The notes below the pieces were generated by a model. The model worked only from the letters and a program-made list of their open reading frames with translations, was not told the origin of the DNA and did not search any database. Below are positions 14,701 to 23,764 of a stretch of 64,000 nt of DNA, in pieces. The DNA is from Deferribacterales bacterium (GTDB lineage Bacteria; Chrysiogenota; Deferribacteres; Deferribacterales; Geovibrionaceae): positions 256,001 through 320,000 of the forward strand of contig JBFWLW010000003.1 of NCBI GenBank assembly GCA_050251945.1, read 5' to 3'. Made by a program: the position numbers and the translations under genes. Each line of letters begins with the position of its first letter. Within the stretch, counting starts at the first letter, position 1.

Positions 14701-15812
14701 CAGAACCTGTTGATTGAGATCGGAACCACAAGATATTTATATTCACCGCTGTCGGGCAGTATAATCGCCGGGTTTCTGTCCGCGATCATCTTAAGCACAA
14801 AATAGTCAGTGTCAATGTTGTTTATCATTTCCACCATGTGTTTTGAGTTGAAGATGATATCTATCGGATTGCCTGTGTATTCGTAATCTTCGATTGTTTC
14901 GTTACCGGCACCGTATTCAGTTTCAAGGCTGTAAAGCGTGAGGCTTTCATCTTTGAAGGAGAGAACGACGCCGTGTGTCACTTCGCTGGTAATGGCTGAA
15001 ACGCGCTTGATTACATCGAGAAATTCAGAGCGTTTAAGTCTTGCCACAAGAGGAAAATCGTTTGAGAACAGTTTGGTGATACTCTTGATATATTTCTCTA
15101 TAAGTTTTGAATATATCTGAATGGTACCTATTTTAAATATTATCTGCTTTCTGTCTGTATCAATTTCAACGTATTCGTCGTGTTCGAGAATTTTGATGAG
15201 TTCAACAACGGTCTTTCTGGGAATATTTATTATAAATTCATTAGCGTATTCATCGTCAAAAGTTATGCTGCTCGTAGCTATACGCTGAAAGTCTGCTGCG
15301 GAAACTTCGAGCTTGTTGCCGTATACTGCAAGATGCGCTCCTGTGTATTCTATTTTAGAGGCATCAGTTGAGATACAGAAGCTTGTCTTCTTTATGAGAT
15401 CAAGAAGCAGGCTGCTTTTAATTTTGAGGCTGTATTCCGGTGTTATCTCCGCCATTGTCGGGAAGATTTCATGGCTTATGGTTGAGAGTTTGAAATTTGA
15501 TCTTCCGGCGCTGATATTTATCTTTGATCCGTCAAAAAAGAAATCTATGACAGATCCGTCGGGGATTTCCTTTACGATGTCCAGAAGCTTTTTTCCGGAT
15601 ACTGTGGCTATGCCTGTGGTTTCGACGCTTACGTCGAGTTTGCCGGAGAATCCTACCTGCATATCCGTTGCCCGCAGTGTAACTCCGTCCGCTTCTGCTT
15701 CTATGTATATGTTTTGCAGAATAGTATTGAGGTTTTTAGGGCTCGTAAAGTTATTCGCATATTGGATGAAAGGGTATATTTCATCTTTAACCGCCTTAAA
15801 ACGCATACTCAT
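14700..15812 (-). CDS. dnaN: DNA polymerase III beta sliding clamp
   Basis: 370 aa with LRATD, AADFQRI, IPRK, FNSKHM and YLVVP motifs; upstream of recF-gyrB-gyrA. Confidence 0.93.
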
Positions 15813-16033
15813 TCCTCTTATTCTTATATTTTTTAATAATAGTCGTAGTAATAATAAGCTATTTGGAAATTGTTGACAAGCGATTTACGCTAAATTTGTC
15901 AAGGATTTTTGCTTGTACAGAAATGTTGAAAACATGACAGTGACTTTCAACCGGATCAACACAAAGAAATGTAATACAATTTTCATAAATAAACAATGTG
16001 GATTAAATTAAAACTTGTAAACACAGATAAACA
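15813..16033. promoter_or_regulatory. oriC: Probable chromosomal replication origin (oriC) with basal unwinding system
   Basis: Minus strand reads tandem DnaA-box-like TTGTCAACA/ATTTCCAAA (15879-15862), then TAGC, then trio repeats (plus strand TAA TAA TAG TCG TAG TAA TAA TAA, 15834-15857), then an AT tract, then dnaN. Further box-like 9-mers at 15924-15932, 15997-16005 and 16015-16023. Confidence 0.75.
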
Positions 16034-16042
16034 ATTTATAAT
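16015..16042 (+). promoter_or_regulatory. Candidate sigma70 promoter for the hfq-like gene
   Basis: TTGTAA-16 bp-TATAAT, then GGGGAGAG before ATG 16074. Confidence 0.55.
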
Positions 16043-16073
16043 CTGCTAAGATACAACAAAGGGGAGAGTTTTC

Positions 16074-16598
16074 ATGGATAATTCCGCTTCGGGCGCGTCG
16101 TTTCATGCGCAGATAGAGTTTGTGTTCATGCACAACGCCAGAACGCGCAAAATACCGCTCATGTTTATAATGAAAAATAAGGAACGATTCAGAGGAAGAG
16201 TTATGGATTTTGACCCATACCATATCCTTCTGGATGACGCCGAGATCAAAATTTTGCTTTCAAAAAACGATATAGCAACTGTTGCCGCTGCAAAGACGGT
16301 TGTGGATATTGATTTCATCTCAAAGATATATTACAGCGCGCATCAGGGCAAACACCCGAAACATACACGTCCGCCCATGCAGGATATATTTCTGAACGAA
16401 GTCCGTAAGTCGCGCTCTCCTATCGTGAGCTTTCTCATAAACGGAGTTAAGATACGCGGCAGCCTCATCGGTTTTGATAACTACACTCTGCTGACCTCTT
16501 TCGAGGGACGCCAGCAGCTTGTCTATAAAAACACTATTTCCACTATATACCCCATCTATCAGACAGGGGAAATTATTAAATATGACGGCGAGAGATAA
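16074..16598 (+). CDS. hfq: Tandem (double Sm-domain) Hfq-family RNA chaperone
   Basis: C-domain MQDIFLNEVRK..LINGVKIRG...FDNYTLL..QLVYKNTISTI matches Hfq; N-domain FMHNARTRKIP..MKNKERFRGRVMDFDPYHILL..LLSKNDIATV is a diverged second copy. Confidence 0.88.
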   Translation: MDNSASGASFHAQIEFVFMHNARTRKIPLMFIMKNKERFRGRVMDFDPYHILLDDAEIKILLSKNDIATVAAAKTVVDIDFISKIYYSAHQGKHPKHTRPPMQDIFLNEVRKSRSPIVSFLINGVKIRGSLIGFDNYTLLTSFEGRQQLVYKNTISTIYPIYQTGEIIKYDGER

Positions 16599-16963
16599 TG
16601 GATAATCTGAAGATTCTTGTTGTTGACGACGAAGAACACACACGGCTCGGTTATGCCGAGATACTGAAAATGGGCGGCTATGAAGTTGATATGGCTGTTG
16701 ACGGTCTGGACGGGCTTTTTAAGGCTGAAAAAGGATCCTATGACCTGATAGTCACCGACCTGCGTATGCCTAAGCTTAACGGACTTGAATTTATGGAAAA
16801 GATGCAGGAAAGGAATATAGTTGCGAAAGTGATAGTGATCACCGCATTCGGATCATACAAATCTTTCAAAGACTCCGAAAACCTCGGAGCCTGCATATAT
16901 CTGAACAAACCTGTACGCGCCGCCGATCTGGACGCCGCCATAAGCGAGCTTTTCAGGAAATAA
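16598..16963 (+). CDS. Single-domain response regulator (REC)
   Basis: ILVVDDE, DLRMPKLNG, ITAFG, KP; TAATG coupling to hfq. Confidence 0.92.
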   Translation: MDNLKILVVDDEEHTRLGYAEILKMGGYEVDMAVDGLDGLFKAEKGSYDLIVTDLRMPKLNGLEFMEKMQERNIVAKVIVITAFGSYKSFKDSENLGACIYLNKPVRAADLDAAISELFRK

Positions 16964-18689
16964 TCTTCTGCTCACATTCTTTTTGCATATCAATGAACTC
17001 GGCATCCTCGTCAAGGTTTATAACCTCGTGGGTGCCGAATCTTTTTGAAAAATACACCTCAACATCTTTCTCCTGAAAGAACTGAACCGCGTATATCGCC
17101 GGATCGCCGGAAAATGTTTTAAGCCGCTTTTCATACTTCTTCGGCACAGCGGACAGAGCCAGCAGGTCTTCTGCGAGGGTCATGCTGTCCGTAAGAGTGT
17201 AGAATACTATGTTGTCTATGGTGTTGAACCGTTTCTCCGCATAACCTATCACAGACCTTATAAACAGGCGGAATCTGTTAAGGCTGTTCAGTGCGTTCTG
17301 GTCAATGTAAAGGTCGCATCCCTGTTTGCGGTATATGTTGAATCGTTTAAGTCCGTCATGCTTACCGAGCTTAACGGTTATCTCAAGAGGCATGAGATCC
17401 ATAACGTCGGAACGCTCGCGAAGCTGGAGTCTTTTGTCTGTCAGTCCGGTTTTCATAAATATTACAGCAGTGTGGAAAAATACTGTAAAAGATATCGAAT
17501 CCGGCTGATGGAAGTTATCTTTGATCGAAGTTTCAAGCAGATCGTCGCTAAGACCTATCACAGGATTTTTACCGTTGAACTCACTTAAAGTGAGCAGACC
17601 GTCATAACCGGTGTTAGATGATTCAAGCTCGAACAGGTTCCCTTCGTCAAGGAAGTATGCCTTCTCCATGGAATCAAGCGGAATAAGCAGACGTTTACCG
17701 GGTGTCTGGTTTACAAAGCGCATGAACCGCACCATATCTCTATGGTTCTGCATAGGCTGTAAAACTTCTATAAGGAAGGAGCCTATGTGGATGGATGTGT
17801 ATATCACCAGATTGAACATCTCTTTGCCCTCGAAATAGCAGTCGTCAAGCATGATGATAACGCGTTCTATGTCTTTGATGTTTATGTTGTTATAGATGAA
17901 ATCCGAAACAAACTGCTTCTCAAGCAGAGTCTCAAGACGTTCCGAGGTCTTTATCGTACCTTTGGAAGCAATATTCCCTATACCTGCGCTGTAGTGATAG
18001 TATTGAATTCCGTCTGGAAGCTGGATGAGCAGTAGCCCGTCGTTGGAGTATGAGTCGTCCTGAACCATATTCCCGTTTATATGCGAAACTATTTTAATGG
18101 TCTCTTCCTGATGTTTTGCGGATTCTCCCTGAATCTCTTCCTCAATAGGAGGGGTGAAAGCAAATGTTTCATGTGAAACACGTTCTTCAGGGACATCATC
18201 AAGGACAGTTTCATCGACAATAAGCTCAGGCTCATAGTTTTCAGGCACTTTTACGGGTTCCTTAACGGAGGCTTCCGATTGGCTTATGAACATGTCGGAG
18301 TGGAGGAAGGGTTTAAATTCATTCTCTTCCACCTCACCGGATTTTTTAACGATCTTCATGCTGATGATGCCGGGGTTAACGTTTTCGCGTTTAGTAGGTT
18401 CCTGTGTGTCCACCTTAATGTCAGACTTGACTGAATACTGGCATGCCAGGCGAATACCTGAATCGAGGCTTGTTTCGGCGAGAACAAGACGTTCTTTTTT
18501 TGTGGGTTTATTGACGTCGGGACCTGTGATCTTCACCTTGCATTTTCCGCACTGGCTGCTGCCGTCGCAGAGCATTTTATCAATAAGGTCGTGTTCGCGC
18601 AGAACCTTATAAAGATTTGAACCGTGTTTGACCTCAAGAACTATGTTTTTATTTACTATTGTTATTTTATACTTGCTGGTAAAAAACAT
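16953..18689 (-). CDS. 2Fe-2S ferredoxin-domain protein with diverged RACo/DUF4445 (ASKHA)-like body
   Basis: CDGSSQCGKC...RLACQ 2Fe-2S motif, acidic linker, and a C-terminus resembling corrinoid-activator tails (LYIDQ.., INLDEDAEF). No DxGTT ATPase motif seen. Confidence 0.65.
   Translation of the reverse strand: MFFTSKYKITIVNKNIVLEVKHGSNLYKVLREHDLIDKMLCDGSSQCGKCKVKITGPDVNKPTKKERLVLAETSLDSGIRLACQYSVKSDIKVDTQEPTKRENVNPGIISMKIVKKSGEVEENEFKPFLHSDMFISQSEASVKEPVKVPENYEPELIVDETVLDDVPEERVSHETFAFTPPIEEEIQGESAKHQEETIKIVSHINGNMVQDDSYSNDGLLLIQLPDGIQYYHYSAGIGNIASKGTIKTSERLETLLEKQFVSDFIYNNINIKDIERVIIMLDDCYFEGKEMFNLVIYTSIHIGSFLIEVLQPMQNHRDMVRFMRFVNQTPGKRLLIPLDSMEKAYFLDEGNLFELESSNTGYDGLLTLSEFNGKNPVIGLSDDLLETSIKDNFHQPDSISFTVFFHTAVIFMKTGLTDKRLQLRERSDVMDLMPLEITVKLGKHDGLKRFNIYRKQGCDLYIDQNALNSLNRFRLFIRSVIGYAEKRFNTIDNIVFYTLTDSMTLAEDLLALSAVPKKYEKRLKTFSGDPAIYAVQFFQEKDVEVYFSKRFGTHEVINLDEDAEFIDMQKECEQKIIS
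18165..18180. promoter_or_regulatory. parS: Second parS site, inside a CDS
   Basis: TGTTTCATGTGAAACA (1 mismatch to consensus); read as VSHET in the overlapping protein. Confidence 0.8.
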
Positions 18690-18742
18690 ATAAACCCCCG
18701 GATTTATAGACTAAATCGGAAAAAAAGCGAAGTCCTGAACAG

Positions 18743-19909
18743 CTACAGCTGAATTTTATCAGAAATATGCTGATATATTCTCAGGTCAAACTCAGGAGTG
18801 ATCGCGGTTAAGTGGTCAAAAATATCAGCCTGAACATCTTCATAGAAACCCCAGTCAGTATCACACACGAAAGCGTAAATTTCAATGGGGAGTCCGTCGG
18901 GCGTTGGCGGCATCTGCCGGACAAGGAGCGTCATCCCTTTATGTATACTTTTATTATGCTGGAGATAGCTTTTTATGTATACTCTGAAAGTGCCTATATT
19001 GGTGAGTCTGCGTTTATTGATATCTGTTCCGGTAGGGTCGATGTCTTCATTAAGCTTTGAATCGAGATAGTTTTTAATAAGAGTGAAGTTCTTAAGCTTT
19101 TCTATGTCTTCAGGCGTGAGGAATTTGATGCTGGACTGGTCTATTGTGATAGTTCTCTTTATCCTTCTTCCGCCGGATTCCTGCATCCCGCGCCAGTTTT
19201 TAAAAGAGCCTTCAATAAGTTTGCTGGTGGGGACGGTCACAGTTGTTTTGTCAAAGTTTTCAACCTTTATTGTATAAAGGGCGATATCCTGAACAACGCC
19301 GTCGACACCGTATGCGGGAATTTCTATCCAGTCGCCTTTGTGTACAAGATCGTTGAACATTATCTGCACACCTGCTATGAAGGACATTATGGTGTCTTTG
19401 AATATCAACATTAGCAAGGCGGTCATAGCACCCAATCCGCTGAGTATGCCCAGCGGTGATTTGCCTATTACCATGCATACGGAGATTATCACCCCGAGGA
19501 ATCCCGCCGCCACCTGAATCATCTGGATATAGCCTTTAATTGGTCTGCGGACGGAAACCTCAAAAGTGTTGTATATGTTTATTATAACAGTCAGCAGTCT
19601 GACTATGAATATAGTTATGTTTACGGCTATGTACGCGGAAATTATCTGCGTAATGTGCTTCGGCAGGCTGATAATGTCCGATGAGTAGATGAACACCAGC
19701 GCAGGAGCAATGAAGGCAAGCTGTGAGAAGATATTAGACTCAATGAGCATATCGTCATAGTTGTTCTCGGTTTTTTCAAAATACTTGTGGATATATCTTA
19801 CAATAACTTTTTTGACGATAAAGTAACTTAAGATCGCGACAAGTATTACCGCAAGATACTCAGAGGATTCCAGAAAGAAATCCAGCACTCGTTTTAAAAA
19901 CGGATTCAT
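18743..19909 (-). CDS. Mechanosensitive channel, MscS family (YbdG/MscM-like)
   Basis: TM helices, LSGLGAMTA, FKDT, GDWIEIP, NWRGMQESGGRRIKR, GLPIEIYAF. Confidence 0.92.
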   Translation of the reverse strand: MNPFLKRVLDFFLESSEYLAVILVAILSYFIVKKVIVRYIHKYFEKTENNYDDMLIESNIFSQLAFIAPALVFIYSSDIISLPKHITQIISAYIAVNITIFIVRLLTVIINIYNTFEVSVRRPIKGYIQMIQVAAGFLGVIISVCMVIGKSPLGILSGLGAMTALLMLIFKDTIMSFIAGVQIMFNDLVHKGDWIEIPAYGVDGVVQDIALYTIKVENFDKTTVTVPTSKLIEGSFKNWRGMQESGGRRIKRTITIDQSSIKFLTPEDIEKLKNFTLIKNYLDSKLNEDIDPTGTDINKRRLTNIGTFRVYIKSYLQHNKSIHKGMTLLVRQMPPTPDGLPIEIYAFVCDTDWGFYEDVQADIFDHLTAITPEFDLRIYQHISDKIQL

Positions 19910-21363
19910 TAAATTATCACCTCAAAATTTCCCAGATCCGCCGTCATTTCCTTTGCCGGATTCATGACCTGAAGATCCTGTTTATTGAATTTAAACCAGC
20001 GCACGGTTCCGTTATCGACTTGGATATCATTCATGTATTCAGAGATATCCTTTTCAGTTTTTATGGACACGGTATAGCTGTTTTGTACCTGTTTGATCAC
20101 TATGAGCGTTTCGCCCAGTTCGGTAAAACTAGTTGAAACGTAGACAGTATTGGAACCGTCGGCTCCTCTTTTGAGCTTGAACAGGGTATCGCCGACGTTT
20201 TCATCTTTTGTTTTGAGGAATGACATAACGCCGTCGGCTATCACAAGGTTGGTTATCTGCATCTTTGTGATGCCGTCTTTTGCCTGATTATCGCCTGTAA
20301 GCAGAGCTCGGAATTTTTCATCTCCGCCTAAATCGTGGTCGTTAAGCAGTTTGTTTTCAAAGGTGAGACCACTGTTTTTCAACGCATCTTTAAGTGTCTG
20401 ATGTGTCATATCCTCCATGCTGACACGGGTGAATTTGCCGAACGCCTGCATGAATTTTTCAATATCAAAGCCTGTAACCTGCTGTTTAACATACTGGGGA
20501 TTCAGATTTTCCACAGGGAGCTTTGCAAAAGTCAGGAGGATGGAATCAGGCTGTATCTTTGCTTCTGCTATGAGAGTTTTAAAAAGCTGAGGGTCAAGCT
20601 TGACCTCGAACAGAGTGTCCCTGACGCTGATGAGGGTTTTGCCGTTGTCCAGCATTTTTACGACATGAACCTCCATCGGCTCGCCGTCTGCAACGGGAAT
20701 GGAGTTCGGAGGGAGTTTTATTGCTGTCGTTGTATTGTTATCTATAACTGCAAGGGCAGTGCGGATGGCAGGTAACGGCAATGTTTGCTGAGCCTGCTTC
20801 TGACCGTCTGCCTGCGGGATGATGGTTTCGGCTTTTTGAGGCAGAACGCGCACGTCCTTAACGATCGCTGTTCCTACCTGCTGTCTTGTTTCCTGCCGGA
20901 GCTGTGCTGACTGGGGTGCAGGCTGCTGCGACGCATTTTGCTGAGGCAGAGTCTTTGTTTGCGGCAGAACCTGAAGTTCTGGTTTTAGCACAGTCTGCTG
21001 CTGAGGAGCCGGATTGTTTTGCTGCGGCTGGCTTTGGGTTTGTAGCGGCTGCTTGGAGAAGGTATCCTGCTGTTGGGCAGACGGCTGGGTAAAAGTTGTA
21101 GCGGCTTTTTCTAAAAGCGGGGGAAAGAATTTGAACTGTGCCGTGCCGTTGGCACCTTTTGTGACCACAGCCTGAAAGTTTTTGGAAGATGGCTCAAAGT
21201 CAAGCTCTGCTGACACGGTCTTACCTTTCACCGACAGAAGGAATCCGCCTGCGCGAAGACGTTTCAGCACCTCAACTTTTGTTTCCTCGCCCTCTTTAAG
21301 GGTTACCTCCTGCTCTTGTCCATCCTGCGTGGAGACCGGAACAGTTTGTTTTGTTATTTCCAT
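19909..21363 (-). CDS. Hypothetical protein with Gln/Pro-rich linker (possible FliK-like hook-length control protein)
   Basis: Repeated small beta module (V.V.K.L..G..L.SV.....), Q/P-rich linker, SGLTFENKL and C-terminal S..ELG.....; lies at the end of the flagellar cluster. Confidence 0.45.
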   Translation of the reverse strand: MEITKQTVPVSTQDGQEQEVTLKEGEETKVEVLKRLRAGGFLLSVKGKTVSAELDFEPSSKNFQAVVTKGANGTAQFKFFPPLLEKAATTFTQPSAQQQDTFSKQPLQTQSQPQQNNPAPQQQTVLKPELQVLPQTKTLPQQNASQQPAPQSAQLRQETRQQVGTAIVKDVRVLPQKAETIIPQADGQKQAQQTLPLPAIRTALAVIDNNTTTAIKLPPNSIPVADGEPMEVHVVKMLDNGKTLISVRDTLFEVKLDPQLFKTLIAEAKIQPDSILLTFAKLPVENLNPQYVKQQVTGFDIEKFMQAFGKFTRVSMEDMTHQTLKDALKNSGLTFENKLLNDHDLGGDEKFRALLTGDNQAKDGITKMQITNLVIADGVMSFLKTKDENVGDTLFKLKRGADGSNTVYVSTSFTELGETLIVIKQVQNSYTVSIKTEKDISEYMNDIQVDNGTVRWFKFNKQDLQVMNPAKEMTADLGNFEVII

Positions 21364-21364
21364 A

Positions 21365-21856
21365 TCAGCTTATATCCAGTTTTCGGACGATCTGTACTTC
21401 TGTTGTGGATATGCCGAGTCTTGATGCGATCTCGGTATCCTGCAGACCGGAGCGGATAAGCTCTGCGATCTTGTCCCGCATTGTAAGCGGTTCATGGGAG
21501 AATTGCGGTTCCGACAATGCCGCCTGTCTCTGCTGCATTGCGAAATACTGCTTCAGGACAGCTTTTTCCTCCGGAGCCTTTATAGACTCAAGCCGCTTTA
21601 ATTTATCTTCGGCAAGAGTTGAAATATCTTCAAGAAGTTCTTCTTTCTTTGCTATGGCGTCTTCAAGTTTGTCTGCAACGCGTTCTGATTCGATAACGAG
21701 TTCCCGCAGTTCCTCCATGAAAGGGTAGAGGTCTTTGGGACTGACGTCCGCCAGACGTTTCTGGATGTTATGTATTTTTGTGAAAGCTATAAGGAGCATG
21801 ATGAACATAACGCATATAAGGAAAAATGCGAGGCTGATAAGCGTTGTTTCAGACAT
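21365..21856 (-). CDS. Membrane-anchored coiled-coil protein with C-terminal HTH (DUF2802/DUF6115-like)
   Basis: One N-terminal TM, coiled coil, and C-terminal GLQDTEIASRLGISTTEVQIV. Confidence 0.7.
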   Translation of the reverse strand: MSETTLISLAFFLICVMFIMLLIAFTKIHNIQKRLADVSPKDLYPFMEELRELVIESERVADKLEDAIAKKEELLEDISTLAEDKLKRLESIKAPEEKAVLKQYFAMQQRQAALSEPQFSHEPLTMRDKIAELIRSGLQDTEIASRLGISTTEVQIVRKLDIS

Positions 21857-22634
21857 TTGCCCTGATCCTTTTAAGTTTTTCCCTCTCTTTCTCAAAGACG
21901 AAATGTACCATTCCGTCTCTTGATATCTCGTCCAGATGCACAAATTCCGATATCACTATCACGCCTTGGGGGGCTTTGATAACCTCTTTCGCTTTGCAAA
22001 GGGCGGCAAAAATAAAGTTGGATGTGTATTTCGGAGTGGACTGAATGAAAAAATGGTCACCCGCGGATGCGCTGCCGGAAGTGAAATAAAGTCCTCCGCC
22101 GCTCATGGCGAGAAGTTTACATTCCTCAAGCCCGTCAATGTTTCCGTCCATCTTGTGTGCCAGCAGCTCGTCGAGCTTTCCGTCTATCTGAAGCAGAAGC
22201 CTGAAGAGGAACTGATTTGTAAGAGTCTCATCGGAAAGAACGTTTTTTATCTGTGTGGTGAGGCTGTTTCTGAATCGCCTGTTAATATTGTCAGTTTTCT
22301 GTTTGAAATCAGCTATCTCCGATTCCTGCACACGGCGAAACTCCACTGTTTCATAGGTATCTATGATGTGGAACTGTTCAGCTTCATCCGTCTGCACGCC
22401 GGAAACAGGAGAAAGAGCCAGTCTGCCGTTCTGAAAGTTTTTAAACGAACATACCGCAGAATGCAGTATATTGGTTTCATACCATTCAAAGCGCATATAG
22501 AGCGCATTTTGTGCATCCTCTTCGCTCAGCCCTGTCGGGATCACCACGAAAGATGCCGGATTTTCACTCCGGCATTGAATAACCTGAACTTTGTCAGAAC
22601 AAATAACAATCAATTTACATATCTGCATTATCAC
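21849..22634 (-). CDS. PilZ-domain-like protein (degenerate motifs)
   Basis: LLQIDGKLDELL coiled coil, AMSGGG (D/NxSxxG-like), and a C-terminal F..LDE..RD.MVHFVF..ERE helix. Confidence 0.65.
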   Translation of the reverse strand: MIMQICKLIVICSDKVQVIQCRSENPASFVVIPTGLSEEDAQNALYMRFEWYETNILHSAVCSFKNFQNGRLALSPVSGVQTDEAEQFHIIDTYETVEFRRVQESEIADFKQKTDNINRRFRNSLTTQIKNVLSDETLTNQFLFRLLLQIDGKLDELLAHKMDGNIDGLEECKLLAMSGGGLYFTSGSASAGDHFFIQSTPKYTSNFIFAALCKAKEVIKAPQGVIVISEFVHLDEISRDGMVHFVFEKEREKLKRIRANV

Positions 22635-22920
22635 GCTTCCAGATCAATTATGTGCCCCGTGTCCTTCACAAGTCTTCTTGCGACCTGTTTCTGGCGCTCA
22701 CGGTTCTTTTTTTGCTCCTGTTCCTGTTTTTTTCTCTCTTCATCGCCGATGGTCTTGCCTTCGGGTTTATCCGCCTGATTAACAGATTCAGCCTTGTGCT
22801 TAAATTCGTTCTGCTGTTCATGGGTCACAGCCATAGCCTTGTTGTCAGCGTTTCTCTGCTGCACGTCCTGAATCTTTTCGGCAACCAGTGTGTGTTGAAC
22901 CTCAATGGGACCTATCCCAT
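22631..22920 (-). CDS. Small charged flagellar-cluster protein; start appears frameshifted
   Basis: Frame stays open upstream of the GTG as GIGPIEVQHTLVAEKIQDVQQR..., ending GHIIDLEA. The ATG at 22920 behind GAGGG is 1 nt out of frame. Confidence 0.6.
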
Positions 22921-22930
22921 GGCATTACCC

Positions 22931-23764
22931 TCAGATTTTTCTATAAATTATACCACCGCCGAAGTTTTCCATCCTGAACGCTTCCGATATTTTGTTAAGG
23001 GTTTCGGAGTGTCCGAGATAAAGCGCTCCGGGCATACCCAGAGATTTATGGAACAGGTCGATAACCTTCTGCTTTGCAGGGATATCGAAGTAAATAAGCA
23101 CGTTTCTGCAAAATATGATGTCGAGCCTTCCGACTTTTGCACTCATCATGGGGTTGAGCAGGTTGCCCTGAAAGAACTTTACCTTGTTCATGATGTTTGC
23201 GTCCAGCTTGAAAGCGAAACCGTCCTTCGTAAAATATTTATCCTGTATCATCGGCGGAACGCCTCTGAAGGATATCGTTCTGTAAAGACCTTTCTGGGCG
23301 ATATCAAGAACCTCGGTGTTTATATCCGTCGCCAGTATCTCAATATTCGCCTTTGCAAAAAGCCCTGCCTCGTTCAGAAGAATGGCGAGAGAATAGGGCT
23401 CCTCTCCGGATGAACATGCGGCGGACCATATGCGTATTGATCTTTTGCCGGCACTCAGCAGCTCCGGTATAGCGGTTTTGATCATGTGATCCATCTGCGC
23501 TCTTTCCCGCAGGAAATAGGTTTCGTTGATGGTCACCTGATTAAGCAGAATCTCCATCTCCTCCCGCTTCTTGGCATCGTATTTAAGGTAATAGATGTAA
23601 TCCTTAAAGCTGTTGAAGTTGAGTTCCTGTAGCCTTTTGGACAGTCTGTTCTCAAGAAGATACTTCTTGCTGTCCGCAAACGAGATAGCGGCATTCTTAT
23701 AGATTATGTCTTTAAGTTCCACAAACTCGTCGTCTTTAATTTTTATGGTTGCAGCAGTTATCAT
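22931..23764 (-). CDS. cheR: Chemotaxis methyltransferase
   Basis: TINETYFLRE, IWSAACSSGEEPYS, ATDIN, IFCRNVLIYF, LGHSE. Confidence 0.96.
   Translation of the reverse strand: MITAATIKIKDDEFVELKDIIYKNAAISFADSKKYLLENRLSKRLQELNFNSFKDYIYYLKYDAKKREEMEILLNQVTINETYFLRERAQMDHMIKTAIPELLSAGKRSIRIWSAACSSGEEPYSLAILLNEAGLFAKANIEILATDINTEVLDIAQKGLYRTISFRGVPPMIQDKYFTKDGFAFKLDANIMNKVKFFQGNLLNPMMSAKVGRLDIIFCRNVLIYFDIPAKQKVIDLFHKSLGMPGALYLGHSETLNKISEAFRMENFGGGIIYRKI

Noticed and set aside
20780..21100. CAG/CTG-rich stretch as a tandem DNA repeat
   Set aside because: Reflects the Gln/Pro-rich protein linker; no regular repeat unit.
21936..23413. Long plus-strand ORFs (280 aa and 253 aa)
   Set aside because: Antisense shadows of the PilZ-like gene and cheR with no recognisable motifs. 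The same applies to 6675-7283, 32717-33457, 33325-34137, 34672-35511 and 46755-47489.
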